A stretch of 64,000 nt of DNA from Bigelowiella natans CCMP2755. Lineage: Eukaryota; Protista; Cercozoa. Below are positions 30,152-44,013 of this stretch, in pieces. The stretch spans positions 1-64,000 of the forward strand of contig ADNK01003385.1 of NCBI GenBank assembly GCA_000320545.1. Reading direction: 5' to 3'. Position numbers and translations under genes: made by a program. Below the pieces are notes generated by a model. It saw nothing but the letters and a program-made list of their open reading frames with translations. It was not told the origin of the DNA and did no database searches. Positions within the stretch are counted from its first letter, which is position 1; every line of letters starts with the position of its first letter.

Positions 30152-30195
<44 letters not shown>

Positions 30196-30238
30196 AGTGT
30201 GGCTAATCTATGATGCGGGGGCATGTTATCCATCATAG

Positions 30239-30288
<50 letters not shown>

Positions 30289-31643
30289 AGTGTGGCTAAT
30301 CTATGATGCGGGGGCATGTTATCCATCATATCGTCGCTTCTCTCTGTGCTATTCTCTCATCAATACAGCCTCCTATTTACGTATTTTCCTCCTCCTCCTT
30401 TCATCGTCGTCATCACCATCAATCGTCAATACCATTATGTATGACTTTGTTTTCTCTCTCTCTCTCTCTCTCTCTTTGTCTGTTTTGGTTGGTGGTAATC
30501 CTGTCCTACCCAACGTCATGGTTCGTCTGAAAGAGATCATCTTCAAACTTGGGTAGCTGGCCAGTGCCCTGTAATAATAATAACGACGATGGTGATGACA
30601 TTAGATCAAGATTACTTCTACCCCCCCCCCTACAGTCGGTACTAACATAATATACACCTGCTGCCTTTAGTAATATACATCAACGATAATTACAACGACA
30701 ACGATGACGATGCCAAATGTATCATCATCACCATAAGCAGCACCACGCTTCCTCTTTCTGCTGTTGTTGTTATTACTTCCAGAGTTTGTCTAGATACGAT
30801 GTAAGGAACTGAGTGCTCCTCGTAGCCGTGTTCCATCGTGTGCATATTAAGCATGAATGCGGAAAGAGCCCTTCAATATCATCATATATTTTGAGTACTA
30901 TAATTAGCAACGATAAGGATAAGATTACTATCTTTACTTAGTTACTCCTTCGTAGTACCCTACTGCCAAAACCCATGGCATCACACTCATATGCATACTA
31001 ACATGCATGCACAAACACACACACACACACAACGAACAGCACATTAATGTGGGAAACAAACAAACCAACAAGAAAGAAGTCAATTAATCCTCGCCATCAT
31101 CTTCCTTTACACGGCAAGATAAGAAATAAATAACTAAATTTATTCATTAATAATACCGTTCAAGACTTGCGAGGGGGCCCTTTAGCACTGAGAATCTAGC
31201 ACCAGAAACTACCCGCAACCACCACCATCATTATCATAATCATCATCATCATTATCATCACCATCATCATCATCACGTGGCCATATTCGTAGTCCGCTCA
31301 AATCAAATGATGTCATTTATTCCTTCCATTTAAGATTGATAGATCTCATGATTGAGTACTCTCTCAAGGTATTGACTATCATCAAGAACTGCTGTAAAAC
31401 AACTATTCCTCTCCTCCTCTTCCCCGAGTATCTATCATTAGAGTATGATATTTATGGATTATCAACACAGAGTAGAGCTACCTTTAACCGCAGCCTCTGG
31501 TGCATAACCACCTAGGTTTGTTGCGAGTTCATCGTGCCATTTCATGCCGTCGTCATCCGTATCATCACCACGCTTAAATTCATCGCCCCATTGTAGCACC
31601 AGCTTAATAGCGTCGTTTGTTACAATGATAAGAAGAAGAAGAC

Positions 31644-31678
<35 letters not shown>

Positions 31679-32129
31679 AGAAGAAGAAGGGGGGGAGTAG
31701 TACAAATAAGTTAAGTATTGAGATCAAGTAGCCACTGCCAAGGTGTTGATGAAGGAAAAACTTGACGATGCAAAATCATCCTCTGATGGATGGATAAGGT
31801 ACGATGTAGATCATTCTCTCAGAAATTCTAACGACACCTCTAACAGAATAGCAGCAGTCGCATTCTCAGCCGCAGTGGCAGCCATAACAGTAATAAACAA
31901 CAATGATAATAAAAACGATAACAACACACTGCTTTTACTACGTGTTACAACCTACAACTACTACTACTGGTACTACTACTACTACTACAACTACCTGATT
32001 CTCTTCATCAGAGTCTCCATCAGGTACCTATGCTCGACATACAGCATATAATAAAAGCATGTTAGGAAAATAGTATTACTAGTGCTACAATAACGAAAAG
32101 TCTGGCTTTTCCAGTATATGATAATAACG

Positions 32130-32160
<31 letters not shown>

Positions 32161-33878
32161 CCATGGATTTTACAATTACAGTACTATGCGTCATCAGCTT
32201 GTTGTTCTTCTAAGCTGTTGTTGCATGCACTTGTCGTGATATGATCTCATATTAGTATCATCATCGTCATCATCATCACCATCATGATCTCATTGCCATG
32301 GTGTAAATAAGTAAGTAGTAGCACCACCCTTTCATCGAGCAGGTTTGGCAGTCTGGAGAATAATGCATTGCATTGCTGTAAAACCTATGAGAGTTTATTG
32401 TTATGGTTAAGAGCGAGAGTCCTAGTAGTTTATCATTTCTCTCTGTGGGAGTAAGAGGCATATGGTGGGTGCATCATCATCATCATCACCATCATCTTCA
32501 TCATCATCCTCATCCTGCTGCGTTGTGATTCTATCATCTTTGATGCAGTGCATCAGTAGTAGTCACCGGTGCTACATCTTCATAAAACTATTCTGTATGA
32601 TTCTCATGATACTCTTACTTCATCAAGATCTTCCTCTGCTTCAGCAGCGGCAGCATTTGCTTTTTCAACCTACGAGAAGGAGGAATACTCGGCATCAAAG
32701 CTACCATCCGAATATTACCACTCACGACTTATATCAAACAGTACTATTTGAAAACATTGTACTACCTGAGCCTTGATATCAGCGACTTTATCTTCCTCGC
32801 CATTTCTCATCTACGGTGGCAGAGCGAAGACAGGATAAGAACGATGATCGATTAGTCATTACATGCAGCACAGCACGGTAGAACACAACACACATATTGT
32901 TGTAGTATTTTTGTCCATTAGTAACCTCAACAAGCAAAAGAGTTACTAATTCGTAGCACAGAGAATCTTATAACTACCAGCTGTCCTATTTGCTGGGAGA
33001 GAGTCTTCCTTTGGCTAAGAGCCTGAAGAAGAAGAAGAAGAAGAAGAAGAAGAAGAAGAAGAAGATGATGATGATGATGATGATGATAACGATGATGATG
33101 ATGACAAGCAGGTTGTTGTTACATACATTATCTATGCAGCACATCAAGTAGTAGTAAGCAGCATGGTATTATTCGAATATTTATTGACCGAGTCTCTTTC
33201 TTTTATCAGCATCCTTCTTCGTTCATTAAGGTTTCTGAGAGGGAGGGAGGCAATAATACAAGGAGGAATATTAAGGAAACATCATTAAATGGAACTTACA
33301 CAACTTCCTGAACACACACACACACACACACACACAACACAACACACACAACACACACAACACTCACGCTCAGAGATTAAGCATGCGCAACAAATAATGT
33401 ACGGATGGTACCCTATCGTAGTAACAGCCTCGATCATATCCTCCTTTGCTCTTCTTGCTTTGAGGTGGATAAGAACAACCTCTGGAGAATCCTCTAATAA
33501 TCTTAGATCAAAATTGACACTCTGCGCGTCTGCTCTGGCCATACCCTCCTTCTCTGCAACGTCAGCACCCATGCGCACTACATCCGCCCCTCTTTTTAGT
33601 ATATTAGACTTAGATATACTTCTTGCGAACAATGAAGAGGATCCAAAATTTGGTGTTAATAGCCCCCCCCTTCCCGTCGTCGCTCTGTAAGTTCCGACTC
33701 TAGACGATAGGGACGTCGTAGGGCGCAGAGATAAAGCGATCAAGGTGCACGCACATAAGACTACTGCCAATAAGACCAGCTTCATCCCTGTTTGAAACTT
33801 TCTCCTTGGCCGGTTAGTCGTCACTATACGGTGAGTTTGAAGTGGATGGTGGAACGCATGCTGCCCAACTCGTTGCAT
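26555..33878 (-). CDS. serS: Seryl-tRNA synthetase, organellar (bacterial type) with bipartite signal + transit peptide
   Basis: Motifs across exons: [91 protein letters not shown]|[50 protein letters not shown]...KMLK*. The leader contains a hydrophobic [20 protein letters not shown] followed by an S/R-rich stretch. Confidence 0.92.
30066..30330. repeat. Three tandem copies of an ~85-95 bp unit: (GA)n + GCAGTGTGGCTAATCTATGATGCGGGGGCATGTTATCCATCATA, inside a serS intron
   Basis: An identical non-repetitive core occurs at ~30107, ~30194 and ~30287, separated by GA tracts of differing length. Confidence 0.9.
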
Positions 33879-34754
33879 CCTCTTCCTGCTGGTGGTGGGA
33901 AATAGGGAGGGGGAACATGAGGTCCTGCTTCCAAGCTATGCAACACAACAACAACGAAATACGATATCGACGCCTTAGTCATCCCTATTACGTCAGAAAC
34001 ACGTTACCGTTCTCGTAGAAGGAGATTGTGGCGTTATCGGAGAGAGTGGGGTAGGGTTACGTCTTCCAGATGCAACTACTTCAGAATGAAATTGTTGTGG
34101 TTGTTGTTGCTGCTATTGCTGTTATTTTATAGGATATTTTCATAATAAAGAAGCGGCATATAAATTTACGGCAAGCTATACTTTGACAAAGTCATAGATC
34201 TCATTCAAGGAAATGCTTTTCAATGGCCTAGGTGTTCTCAAGGATAATTTATTGACCAAATTAGGGACACGTGGAGGCAAAAATTACTGGTGAGAAATAG
34301 CGACAAATAAATATTAACTTGCCGCCTCTCTATTGTACAGAATTTTCTTCATTTTTGTTATGTTTTCAGTCGCAGGAGACTAATAACATGAGGGTCGAAA
34401 ATTTTACATTTCAGCCATACCGGTACTCAACTCACAAAGAAAGTTCGTATGGGAAATTTCGCGTAAACTTCTGAAGATCTAGCTCAAGACGACAGAAACG
34501 CAAGCGATTTTTTCAAAGAACCTCGACTGCGCGAGCACGTGTAAGATTCAGAAGTGATGTGAAGTGAATATTTTATGAATATCTTGCTTGAACGCCAGGC
34601 ATAATCTAATAATTCCTGTGAAAATACAGGAGTATCACGAAAGACGACATAAAATAGAGGGGAATTTGTGTGTAGAATGTAGAAGCTTCTTAGCACACGC
34701 CGCTGCATACTATTCCACAGAATTCCAAAGCACCTACCATCAAAGTCGAAAAGA

Positions 34755-35264
34755 ATGTCGTGGCGTGCATCAGCTTCAAAGGCCTCGCAAGCACGAGAGA
34801 TCGTCAATAAAGGAAATGTTAATGGGATCGAGAAGAAGTGTAAGTCATCACATTGATTGAGAACTTTAGAGAAGAACCCCTTTGACATTGCCGAATGGAA
34901 ATTTAGGGGGTGGTGGAGGCAATCAAAGAGGAGGAGTGAATGCTAAGAGGATCGAGGAAGATGAAGACTTCAAGCGTGAGTTAAATTAATTTTCATATCA
35001 TTTCCATTGTTTATTCATTGTGCGCAATTCTCAGACCGCAAGATTACTGTTGAGTTCAAAAAGGCGCTCATGAAAGCCAGACAAGCTAAAGGACTCACAC
35101 AGAAGCAGCTTGCAAATATGATACAGGTCCAGCAATCAGTGATTCAGCAGTATGAAAACGGAAAGGCGATACCGAATGGCCAGGTGATCAGCAAACTTGC
35201 CCGGGCATTAGGGACTAGATTTCCAAAGATTCCCAAGAAGAAGAAAGTAAAATCCGAGGATTAG
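34755..35264 (+). CDS. MBF1: Multiprotein bridging factor 1 (HTH transcriptional coactivator); start uncertain
   Basis: MSWRAS...GIEKK, GGGGNQRGGVNAKRIEEDEDFK|gtgagt, RKITVEFKKALMKARQAKGLTQKQLANMIQVQQSVIQQYENGKAIPNGQVISKLARALG, the typical MBF1 HTH. Confidence 0.88.
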
Positions 35265-36433
35265 ACTCTTAAGAAGATTCAGTGGAACAAAATGCATTAC
35301 ACTGTGCAAATTGTTGTCAAATCACACGCGTAGACATATCCTAGATCATTAGTTTCGCGGGAGGCGAGCAATCGTACATGTCTAGATGTGGCCATACCTA
35401 GATGCGTATGCACGTACTAGCGTAGCTAGCTAGGCTAGCCGCACGCAGCTATGTACGCAGACACGCGACGCCTAGCCAAGCATTCGAGCTGAAGCCGTCC
35501 TGATGGCTTCTAGTTTATACGAAGACCCGCATTTTGGTCCAAAAACATCAACAACGTGCTCTAGTACTACACGTACAAGCTAGCAAGGAAACCAATGCAT
35601 TCTATGCTAGCGATCCACGCACTAACAAGCTAGCTGGTCTAGTCAAGCTAGCAAGTAGTACGGCTAGCTAGCTAGATGAGATGTTCCGCGTTTACTAGTT
35701 CATCATTTGCCAGCGCTGCACGTGCTAGCTAGCTAGCGTGCATGCTGTACGTGACCATCTAGTGGAACTTCACTGGCACATACAACTCTAGAGCACACTC
35801 TAGAACACTGCTAGTGAACTAGACGCAAACTGGCAGGCACGACTAGACGAAGCGTGTATAGCTCCGCGAACTGCATTTCTCTAGTTCTGTAGTTCTGTGG
35901 AGAGCACTGCAACTCTAGCAGACCTCGTCAATGGGCGTGTTTCACCGACACGTGAATCTGGAGAGCTGCGTATGTAGCGATGCACCAGTCTAGCTAGTGT
36001 ACGCACGTAGACGCAGGTAAGCAGGTTAGCAGGGCTAGAGGGCTAGAGGGCTAGAGGGCGGGCTACGGAAAATGATGTGGAAATAAAATTTGCACATCAT
36101 TTTTCGCTGGCTAGCTGGTCGCGAGCTTCACTAGTGCCGCCGCTGCGTTGCTGCGCTTGCTGCAAGATCAGACCCGCAACTGCATGCGAGAAACCGATCA
36201 TCTAGCGATTGTCGACTACCGTCCATCTATGTGTCATCATGTGGACCGTCAAAGTCTGCGGTTCCTATGCTAGGTACGATGCGATGACTGCGAAATGAAA
36301 ACCTCAAATTGGTTCTTTGCTCTAGTGCTTTGACAATGTATCCGCATTTTTTCGCCAAGCAAGTATAAGATACTTTGTTCATTACAAAGATCAACACAGT
36401 TTTCACGTTCTTACAACATACATTAAGTGTACT

Positions 36434-36646
36434 CTATTTCTTCGCATGCCTCATGCAAAATTCTCTTATCCTTTCGACTGCTTCTTTCAGTATCTTCTTT
36501 GGAGCAAGGAAGACGCACCGAAAATACCTAAATTTGTAAACAAATTGGGAAACGTGAGTGGGGAGGTAAAATAAGAGAATAAAAAGATATCTAAGCAGCA
36601 TCTATTTATTCTCCCTATATAAATAGTTTCCATACAAATCTGTTTG

Positions 36647-36686
<40 letters not shown>

Positions 36687-38202
36687 AGAATGTTTATTTT
36701 TGTGTGCTCCTCTATTTCATTATATTGTGTGGCTACACCAATATCCTTTCAATTGTATTATTAAGAAAGTTTACTGTACTTTGGCGCTCTGAAACACGTT
36801 CCAGGTAGGACGAATACATACTCTTCCAGCAGCAACTTTTGTGAAAATTCAAATGCGTCTTTGATGTCTATGAAGGCCTTCGGTTCTACTTCCAGCTGCA
36901 TCATCACATCATCAATTATTTGCTGCTTTACATCATTATTGACAGATAACAGATACAAAGCCCTTGCGAAGGGAGGATGAGCAAACAAGAAGACGCAATC
37001 ATTTCCAAATATAAAACAACCTCAAGACTTAACAAGAAATAATTTGACGAAATAGTCTAAAGCAGATGTGTTTATTGAAAGCATGTTGAAGGGATCCTCC
37101 CACACCTATGCTGATACTACCGATATTACTACTACTACTACTACTTCTACTACTAATACTTGTACTAGTTCATTCAAAATATGATGATGATGATGATGAT
37201 GATCATCATCATCATCATTTATTACCATGCAGTACATGGCACCATTAGGCTCTATGCACTTGAGGCCTTCAACAGCACATCACCAAAGCAGCAGGAAGAG
37301 AGACAGAAGAGAAGATGAGGTGATGGTGCTAAATATTGATGATATACATTTCACTACGATCATCCCAAAAATCTCCTCATTCCCTTCTCGTTTACCAGGG
37401 ATCTTGCCGTCTTTGAAACCTTCCGTAAAAACGCGGGCTTGCTCTTCTAACTAACGAATCACGAAGAGAAAGGAAGAAGAAATATATACGCAACGACTAC
37501 ATTAGTAATGACGATGATAAACAGCGTAATCACATGTAGTATTATTACAGGACTGTTATTGCAAATTATATGATGTATCTCTCACACCAATTTTGTGTTT
37601 ATATGTGACGTGCTGTACACTGGCGTTCATGCTTCATGATGATGCCGATGGAGAAGAGGATGATAATGATAATAATGGGAAATGAATCAAAGAAACTATA
37701 CTACCTGCTTATTAAATTTGGTATAATAGTCTTTATCTGTTTTGTGCAGCATCGCTGGAATCGAGTGCTGTACAATAGAGTTAGACCCTAAAATCAATCT
37801 GAAGAACAAAGTAGAAAATAATACAGAATAAGAGACAGAGAAGAAACTACAACCAGATATAAAACTACAGAAAGATCATCATTAAAAAGAAAGAGAAAAG
37901 AAATACATGTACTCTATGAGACACCTCATTCACGATAAGGTGAGAGGAAGAAGAAGAAGAAGAAGAAGAAGAAAGAAGAAGAAAGAATCTCCGTTTGTAC
38001 TACTTCCTCTCCCCTCCTCCTTTTCCAAGCACTAATTCCCATATTATTAGCTAATAATCCTCCTTTTCCAGGCACCAATATATATCCCATCATATTGTTA
38101 GCTAATAATTATGTTTCCACCTGGACATGTTGATGAGTCCTTCTCGTACATGTTTAAGCCGAGATTTACGATCATGTATAAGGATCCATCCTACACGCCT
38201 AC

Positions 38203-38280
<78 letters not shown>

Positions 38281-38347
38281 AAGTGTTGAGTAATGTACTA
38301 TGTACAGATTACACAACTATTGGTTGGATGATGATACCACAACCACC

Positions 38348-38380
<33 letters not shown>

Positions 38381-38526
38381 CTCCCCTTTTATCATCATCA
38401 TCATCATCATCATGATACTGGGTCAACACTACAACTACAACTACTACAACTACTACTACTACCATCCTGGAACGCAATACTGCTTTGCTAACCCACCTAT
38501 GGAAAGCACAGGGACCTGCAATCATC

Positions 38527-38577
<51 letters not shown>

Positions 38578-41169
38578 TAGTAATAAGTGATGATGATGAT
38601 GATGACGATGATGACGATGATGATGACACATACGTGCATGCAGACGTACATACCTCAGTGGAAAGAGAAGCAATAGGCACGAACTCTGTTCCTTCAAAGA
38701 CGATATCGGCGTATATTTCATCAGCCACGACAACAACTAAGATGTATTATTATCAATCATTGTTGTAGAAGAACAGAGAGTGAGGTTAATGTTAGAGATG
38801 ATAATAATACCATTGAAACAATCTCTCATTATTAGCTATAAAAAAAGAACAAATGGGTAGTAGTATCAAGTGATAGTAGAAGGTGATAATACTCTAAATA
38901 ATAGGTAGTGGTGGTGGTGTGTATGCGATCGATGATACATGATATTGCTATTATTATATATTCAGAAGTTGCTATTGTATTGACGGGGAAAACAAATGAA
39001 AGCGTCAGCTTCTATTCCTCTATGCTTATTATTGTGTTGTTGGTGCTATCTATCATCTATCTTCTTCTTGTAATACGTTTGTGTTTCTGAGCAAAGCGTA
39101 AGATCTCCTCAAGATGCGCTTTTGAGAACACAGTCCCGCATGGATTTGAAGGATTGTTGATGATGATCTATTCAACAATACCACCACAACAACAACACCA
39201 TAATAACAGAGATCATTCCTCTTGTTCTAAATGTACCAGCAAACAGTGCGTGCTGGGATGTGGTGGTGTTCAATTCAAAAATTTCATCATCATCATCATC
39301 ATCCGTGCATTCTTTGTTAGCTTCTTCCAATTTAAAAACTAACTGCTCACTCCTTAGGATAAATATTTCTTTTTGAAAATAATACCGCGCGCGTTTTCCC
39401 GTCAACGATTCCCTTCTTTTCCATCCCTAATAGGCATCCATATCATCATCATTATTATCATCATCATCATCATCATCATACAATTATAAGGATGGTCCCC
39501 TCCTCCTCCTCCTCCTCTTCTTCTTCTTCTTCTTCTTCGTGTCATCATAAATGTTGTATTAATAAGATGATTTCGTGAGATGTGGTATAAATTGTATTAT
39601 GTTGTAGGTGTGATAAGCACAGCACCTTCAATATCTGCCTCCCAGTTGGACTCAGGCTTTGGAGTTGATAGCATGATGATGATAATCATATCATCATAGA
39701 TGAGGAGGAGGAGGAGGAGGAGGAGGAGGAGGAGGATAAAAACTTGAATATTTTGCATCACACTTTAATCAAGTTTTACATCGTCATCATTGAATACTAT
39801 GCATCATACTTAATTGAATTTTACATCATCATCATAAAATCAATACTAGTGTGTACCAGTAAGTTATAGAATCTGCAAGAAGCTCCCTGACTTTTTGCAC
39901 AACATTCGTACAGGGGAAATCTACAAGGGGGATGAGGGCAAGGAGGAGGAGGAGGAGAAGGAGGAGGATAACAGGAGGAAAATAAATTTCAAACGGGACG
40001 GGTAGAGATGGATTTGAGTAGAAAAATAAAAGGTAAAATTTCAACGTAATGATGCAGTATTGAGGCACTTTACAGAGGAGGGTAAGGAGGGAGAAATAGA
40101 AAGAGAGAAAGAGAGTGAGAGAGAGTAGATGGACTTGCAAGTGACCCTGGTTGCGGTATCAATATATTATCGCCTGGGTTGAGCAGTGTCTCTATAACCA
40201 TTCGTATGGATCCAGAAGCGCCTTCATTTTTATCATAAAATAGTAGTAGTAGTAGTAGTAGCAGTGGTAGTAGTTGAAGTAGTAGTAGTGGTAGTAGGAA
40301 TGGGAATAGGAATAGTAGTAGTGGTCAGGAGAAAACAATAGTAGCACAGCTATGAATTGGATAAATGTCCCACATTAAATTAGAGATAGCTGCGTTTGTT
40401 AAAAAATTGACGCAGTAGCAAAGGTGTCTGTTCTCCTGGCAACAGGTAATAATTATGACTAGTAGCAACTGCTAAATTATTGGTAATACCCGAGTTGATG
40501 ATCACATCGTTTTCGGTAAGCTTTGCCTCTTCTCGAGAGAATTTGAGTGCTATCGCTCGTCGAGCAGAATCCAGCCCCGTCGATGGGAGATATCTTCCAA
40601 GGAAATTAATAATAATAATTATTATTATAATAATAATGCACAAGTGAGGAAACATAATAATAAGGGCAATCCATCCATGCTTGTAACCGAATATGGAAAG
40701 ATATTAGCACAAGTGTGTTGACGCCCCAAAAACCACCATCATCGATATCAATTAGGCGTCGTTTGTTTAGTTATAGTAGGATAGGTGTGGCACCCGTTAA
40801 TTCTCTTGGATCTCAGCTTGACGATGATATCCTCGATGGCTGAATCCGGTACATCCATATTACCAAAGACAGTAGGATCACCTGAAGAAGAAGAAGAAGA
40901 AGAAGAAGAAGAAGAAGATTGAGAAAGTCGAAAGCAAAGGATAATATTTTCTATTAACAACAACAAAGCGGACAGATCGAAGAAACAATCAGCCTTCCAT
41001 CCAAACAAACACTAATGTTTGTTACGTTACCGAGAGACAACTTTAGCAGTGGTTTTGGAGTGTTGCTTGGAATGTGTAGAGAGTCCACAATGGCTCTGAT
41101 TGGGTTTACTGTCCGTTTTGCTCTCTCTGAAATAGGCACATTCTTCCATTCTAGGGGTCTTTCGTCCAT
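36434..41169 (-). CDS. TAT: Tyrosine aminotransferase (class I PLP-dependent)
   Basis: [21 protein letters not shown]|[145 protein letters not shown]...[13 protein letters not shown]. Confidence 0.92.
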
Positions 41170-41651
41170 GATTTTCACGGTTGTGTGCCTGTGTTCTTAG
41201 AGAGTCTTCCGTCTACTTGCACAGGTGTAAATCATAAAACATGTTTTTGAATCGGCGGTGATAAGTTCAAGCGTCACTGCGAATGGATGGATTTAGTTTA
41301 AAGTGTTTAGACCCCTACTACATTACACAGTAGAAAAACTAAGGTAGGTAGACCTCGCTGGTCTCTCCCTCTGGTGGTGTGCAGATATGATGTGATGTTG
41401 TGTTGTCAGGATCGATCTAATCTGGGGGCACCCTAACCCCTACCACCACCTACCTGACCTACCTTGTAGTAGACATGTAATAATAATAAATCTACCAGGA
41501 TCATCTAAATGCGCAATAATATCCGAAAATAATATCACAACAATAAGGAAGAAACAGACTGGGTTTTGCGCCTACGACTTAACAGCTAAGAAATTTCGGC
41601 GACATCTAAAGGCTGATTCCGTATCATCCGCACGAGTATCATCTACTTTGG

Positions 41652-41694
41652 AAGCGAAATTATCAAAAAATAAGCGAAATTATCAAAAAATAAG
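41652..41694. repeat. Perfect 20-bp tandem repeat (AAGCGAAATTATCAAAAAAT x2) in the TAT/MDH divergent spacer
   Basis: Read directly at 41652-41671 and 41672-41691. Confidence 0.85.
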
Positions 41695-42296
41695 TCCGAA
41701 CGGGTCCCTTTTTGCTTGCTGCTGTCCACAGGCCCAGGTAGTAGTACCCCTTCTTATCCGATAAGTTGTTACCACCCGGTAGTGATAACAATATCGGAAT
41801 GTCGAACATTTTCTCTAAAAGGGGTATCCTCTGCTGTTCAAGAATCTTGCATGTTCGTCGTGCATAATTGATACGCGACCTGCAGAAGGGATGATTTTAA
41901 TGAAAAATGCATTAGCTCTCATGACAAAAGGGCGATAAATGCATTTTCAGTGTCAAGCTCATATGCAAAGAAGACCGATTCATACAAATTCCGGTGGATA
42001 TCCAATGAAGATAAGCGAAGATGAGTGAAAATGCTTTGTAATTAGGCTAAAATATTGGTAGAGTAATCGGTAGCTGGTCTGATATTTATTTACAACAAAT
42101 CTTCTTCGCCGCTACAAGAAGAAAGGTGCATCATCATCATCATCCGAACGCCTCGTTCTTACAAAACACATCCCCCTATCATCCTTTGCCGTCCTTTGCT
42201 CACACGCATACTCGGGAAATAAACAACGCCATTGGATCCGTATTTGTGAAGGTATCCTGAAATTCCTTCTGATCTAATTTGTTAAACCTACGAACA

Positions 42297-43324
42297 ATGG
42301 AACCTGTTCGCGAAATGAAGCCAACGATGAGAGTCCTAATCTCTGGAGCAGCCGGCCAGGTTTTTCGATAGCTGTTCACAAACCTGTTCGAAATGATTGT
42401 TCTAGACCGACGATGACGACATCATGCATCATTATGTGCATTGAACTACAAGTTTCGTGTTATTGCCACCACCATCATAGATCGGATGTTCGAATTAATG
42501 CTGCTAACATGCACATTATTATTATTATTATTATTATAATTATCATTATTATCATTATTATTATGACTAGATTGGATATTCAATCATTCCGATGATAGCA
42601 TCTGGAAAGGCACTTGGTAACAACCAGCCGGTATGAACACAAACATCTTACTTGCTAACCATTATAATCACTCCTCGCATTCTTCTCTACATTCTGTTGA
42701 TGGTGTGCGATGGTGAAATCATCGCATGATGATCTCTCATGTCCTCTTCTTCGCACACGCAAAGCCAAGAATCATTGATAGACAGCAGGATATAAGACCG
42801 AAGTTAACTTTAGTAGTTCCATCGGATAATTCTATAAAAATTGTAACAGATCGAGCTAGTTCTATTAGACATTCCTCCTTGTGAAAAGAAGCTTCGTGGA
42901 GTTTGTATGGAGGTAATATAAAAAAAATGGGGAGACAGAGTATGAGAATATGAAGTATGAGGATATATTTATGAGCGTTCATAAATAATTCTAAACAACG
43001 ACTAACACATGTTTGATGTTATTATCATCATAATGTTTATTCATCATCAACTCGTCCTATCGTGCTCGGGACATTATGTGCAGATCCAGGATTGTTCTTT
43101 TCCTCTAGTCGAAAGTAAGTCGTATTTAGTACTAATGAAAGGGGGTTTGAATTTCATAAATTGTAGCAAGGGGGGAGGGGGAGAGGAAGTGTAAGTCTTG
43201 TTCCTTCTAAAGATGTTATTATCATGAATATTGCAACAATAACAACAACAACAACAACAACAACATATTGCCTGCTCGTCAGAGATCATTCCTACGACTG
43301 ACGGAAAGACAGCATTTCAAGGTG

Positions 43325-43358
<34 letters not shown>

Positions 43359-43793
43359 GTGTTGCTGGCAGCAATGGTTAGTTGCTGCTGTTGGTAACTC
43401 TGGAAAATATAAAATAGTAATATTTGAAAAGAAGAAGATGATGACGATGATATTTAGGTTTTGAGTACTGTCCACATACACTTAGCATGTAATAGGAGGA
43501 TATGCTTATTATTTTGTGCTCAAGAACGTGAGAGTTTGTACACGGAAAGTTGAATAGAGAATGTTGACCACTGTCTTATGTTGTGATAATTGTCGTTGAA
43601 TAGAGAATGTTGACCTCTGTCTTATGTTGTGATAATTGTCTACATTATTCACTCATAAAGATGTTGAGCTGTGTGTTCTAGAGATAATTGTCTGCATTAT
43701 TCACTCATAACGAAGATGTTGAGCTGTGCGTTCTAGTTGGCGGATTTCCCCGCAAAAAAGGTCACTACTACTCTCTGCAGTTTACCTATTGAA

Positions 43794-43855
<62 letters not shown>

Positions 43856-43885
43856 CCTGTTGCTATCCTCCTCGTCATTATTATC

Positions 43886-43917
<32 letters not shown>

Positions 43918-43939
43918 CATCATCATCACCATCACCATC

Positions 43940-44013
<74 letters not shown>

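Noticed and set aside
30066-30330. CRISPR-like repeat/spacer array
   Set aside because: The 'spacers' are just GA tracts, the locus is inside a eukaryotic intron, and there are no cas genes.
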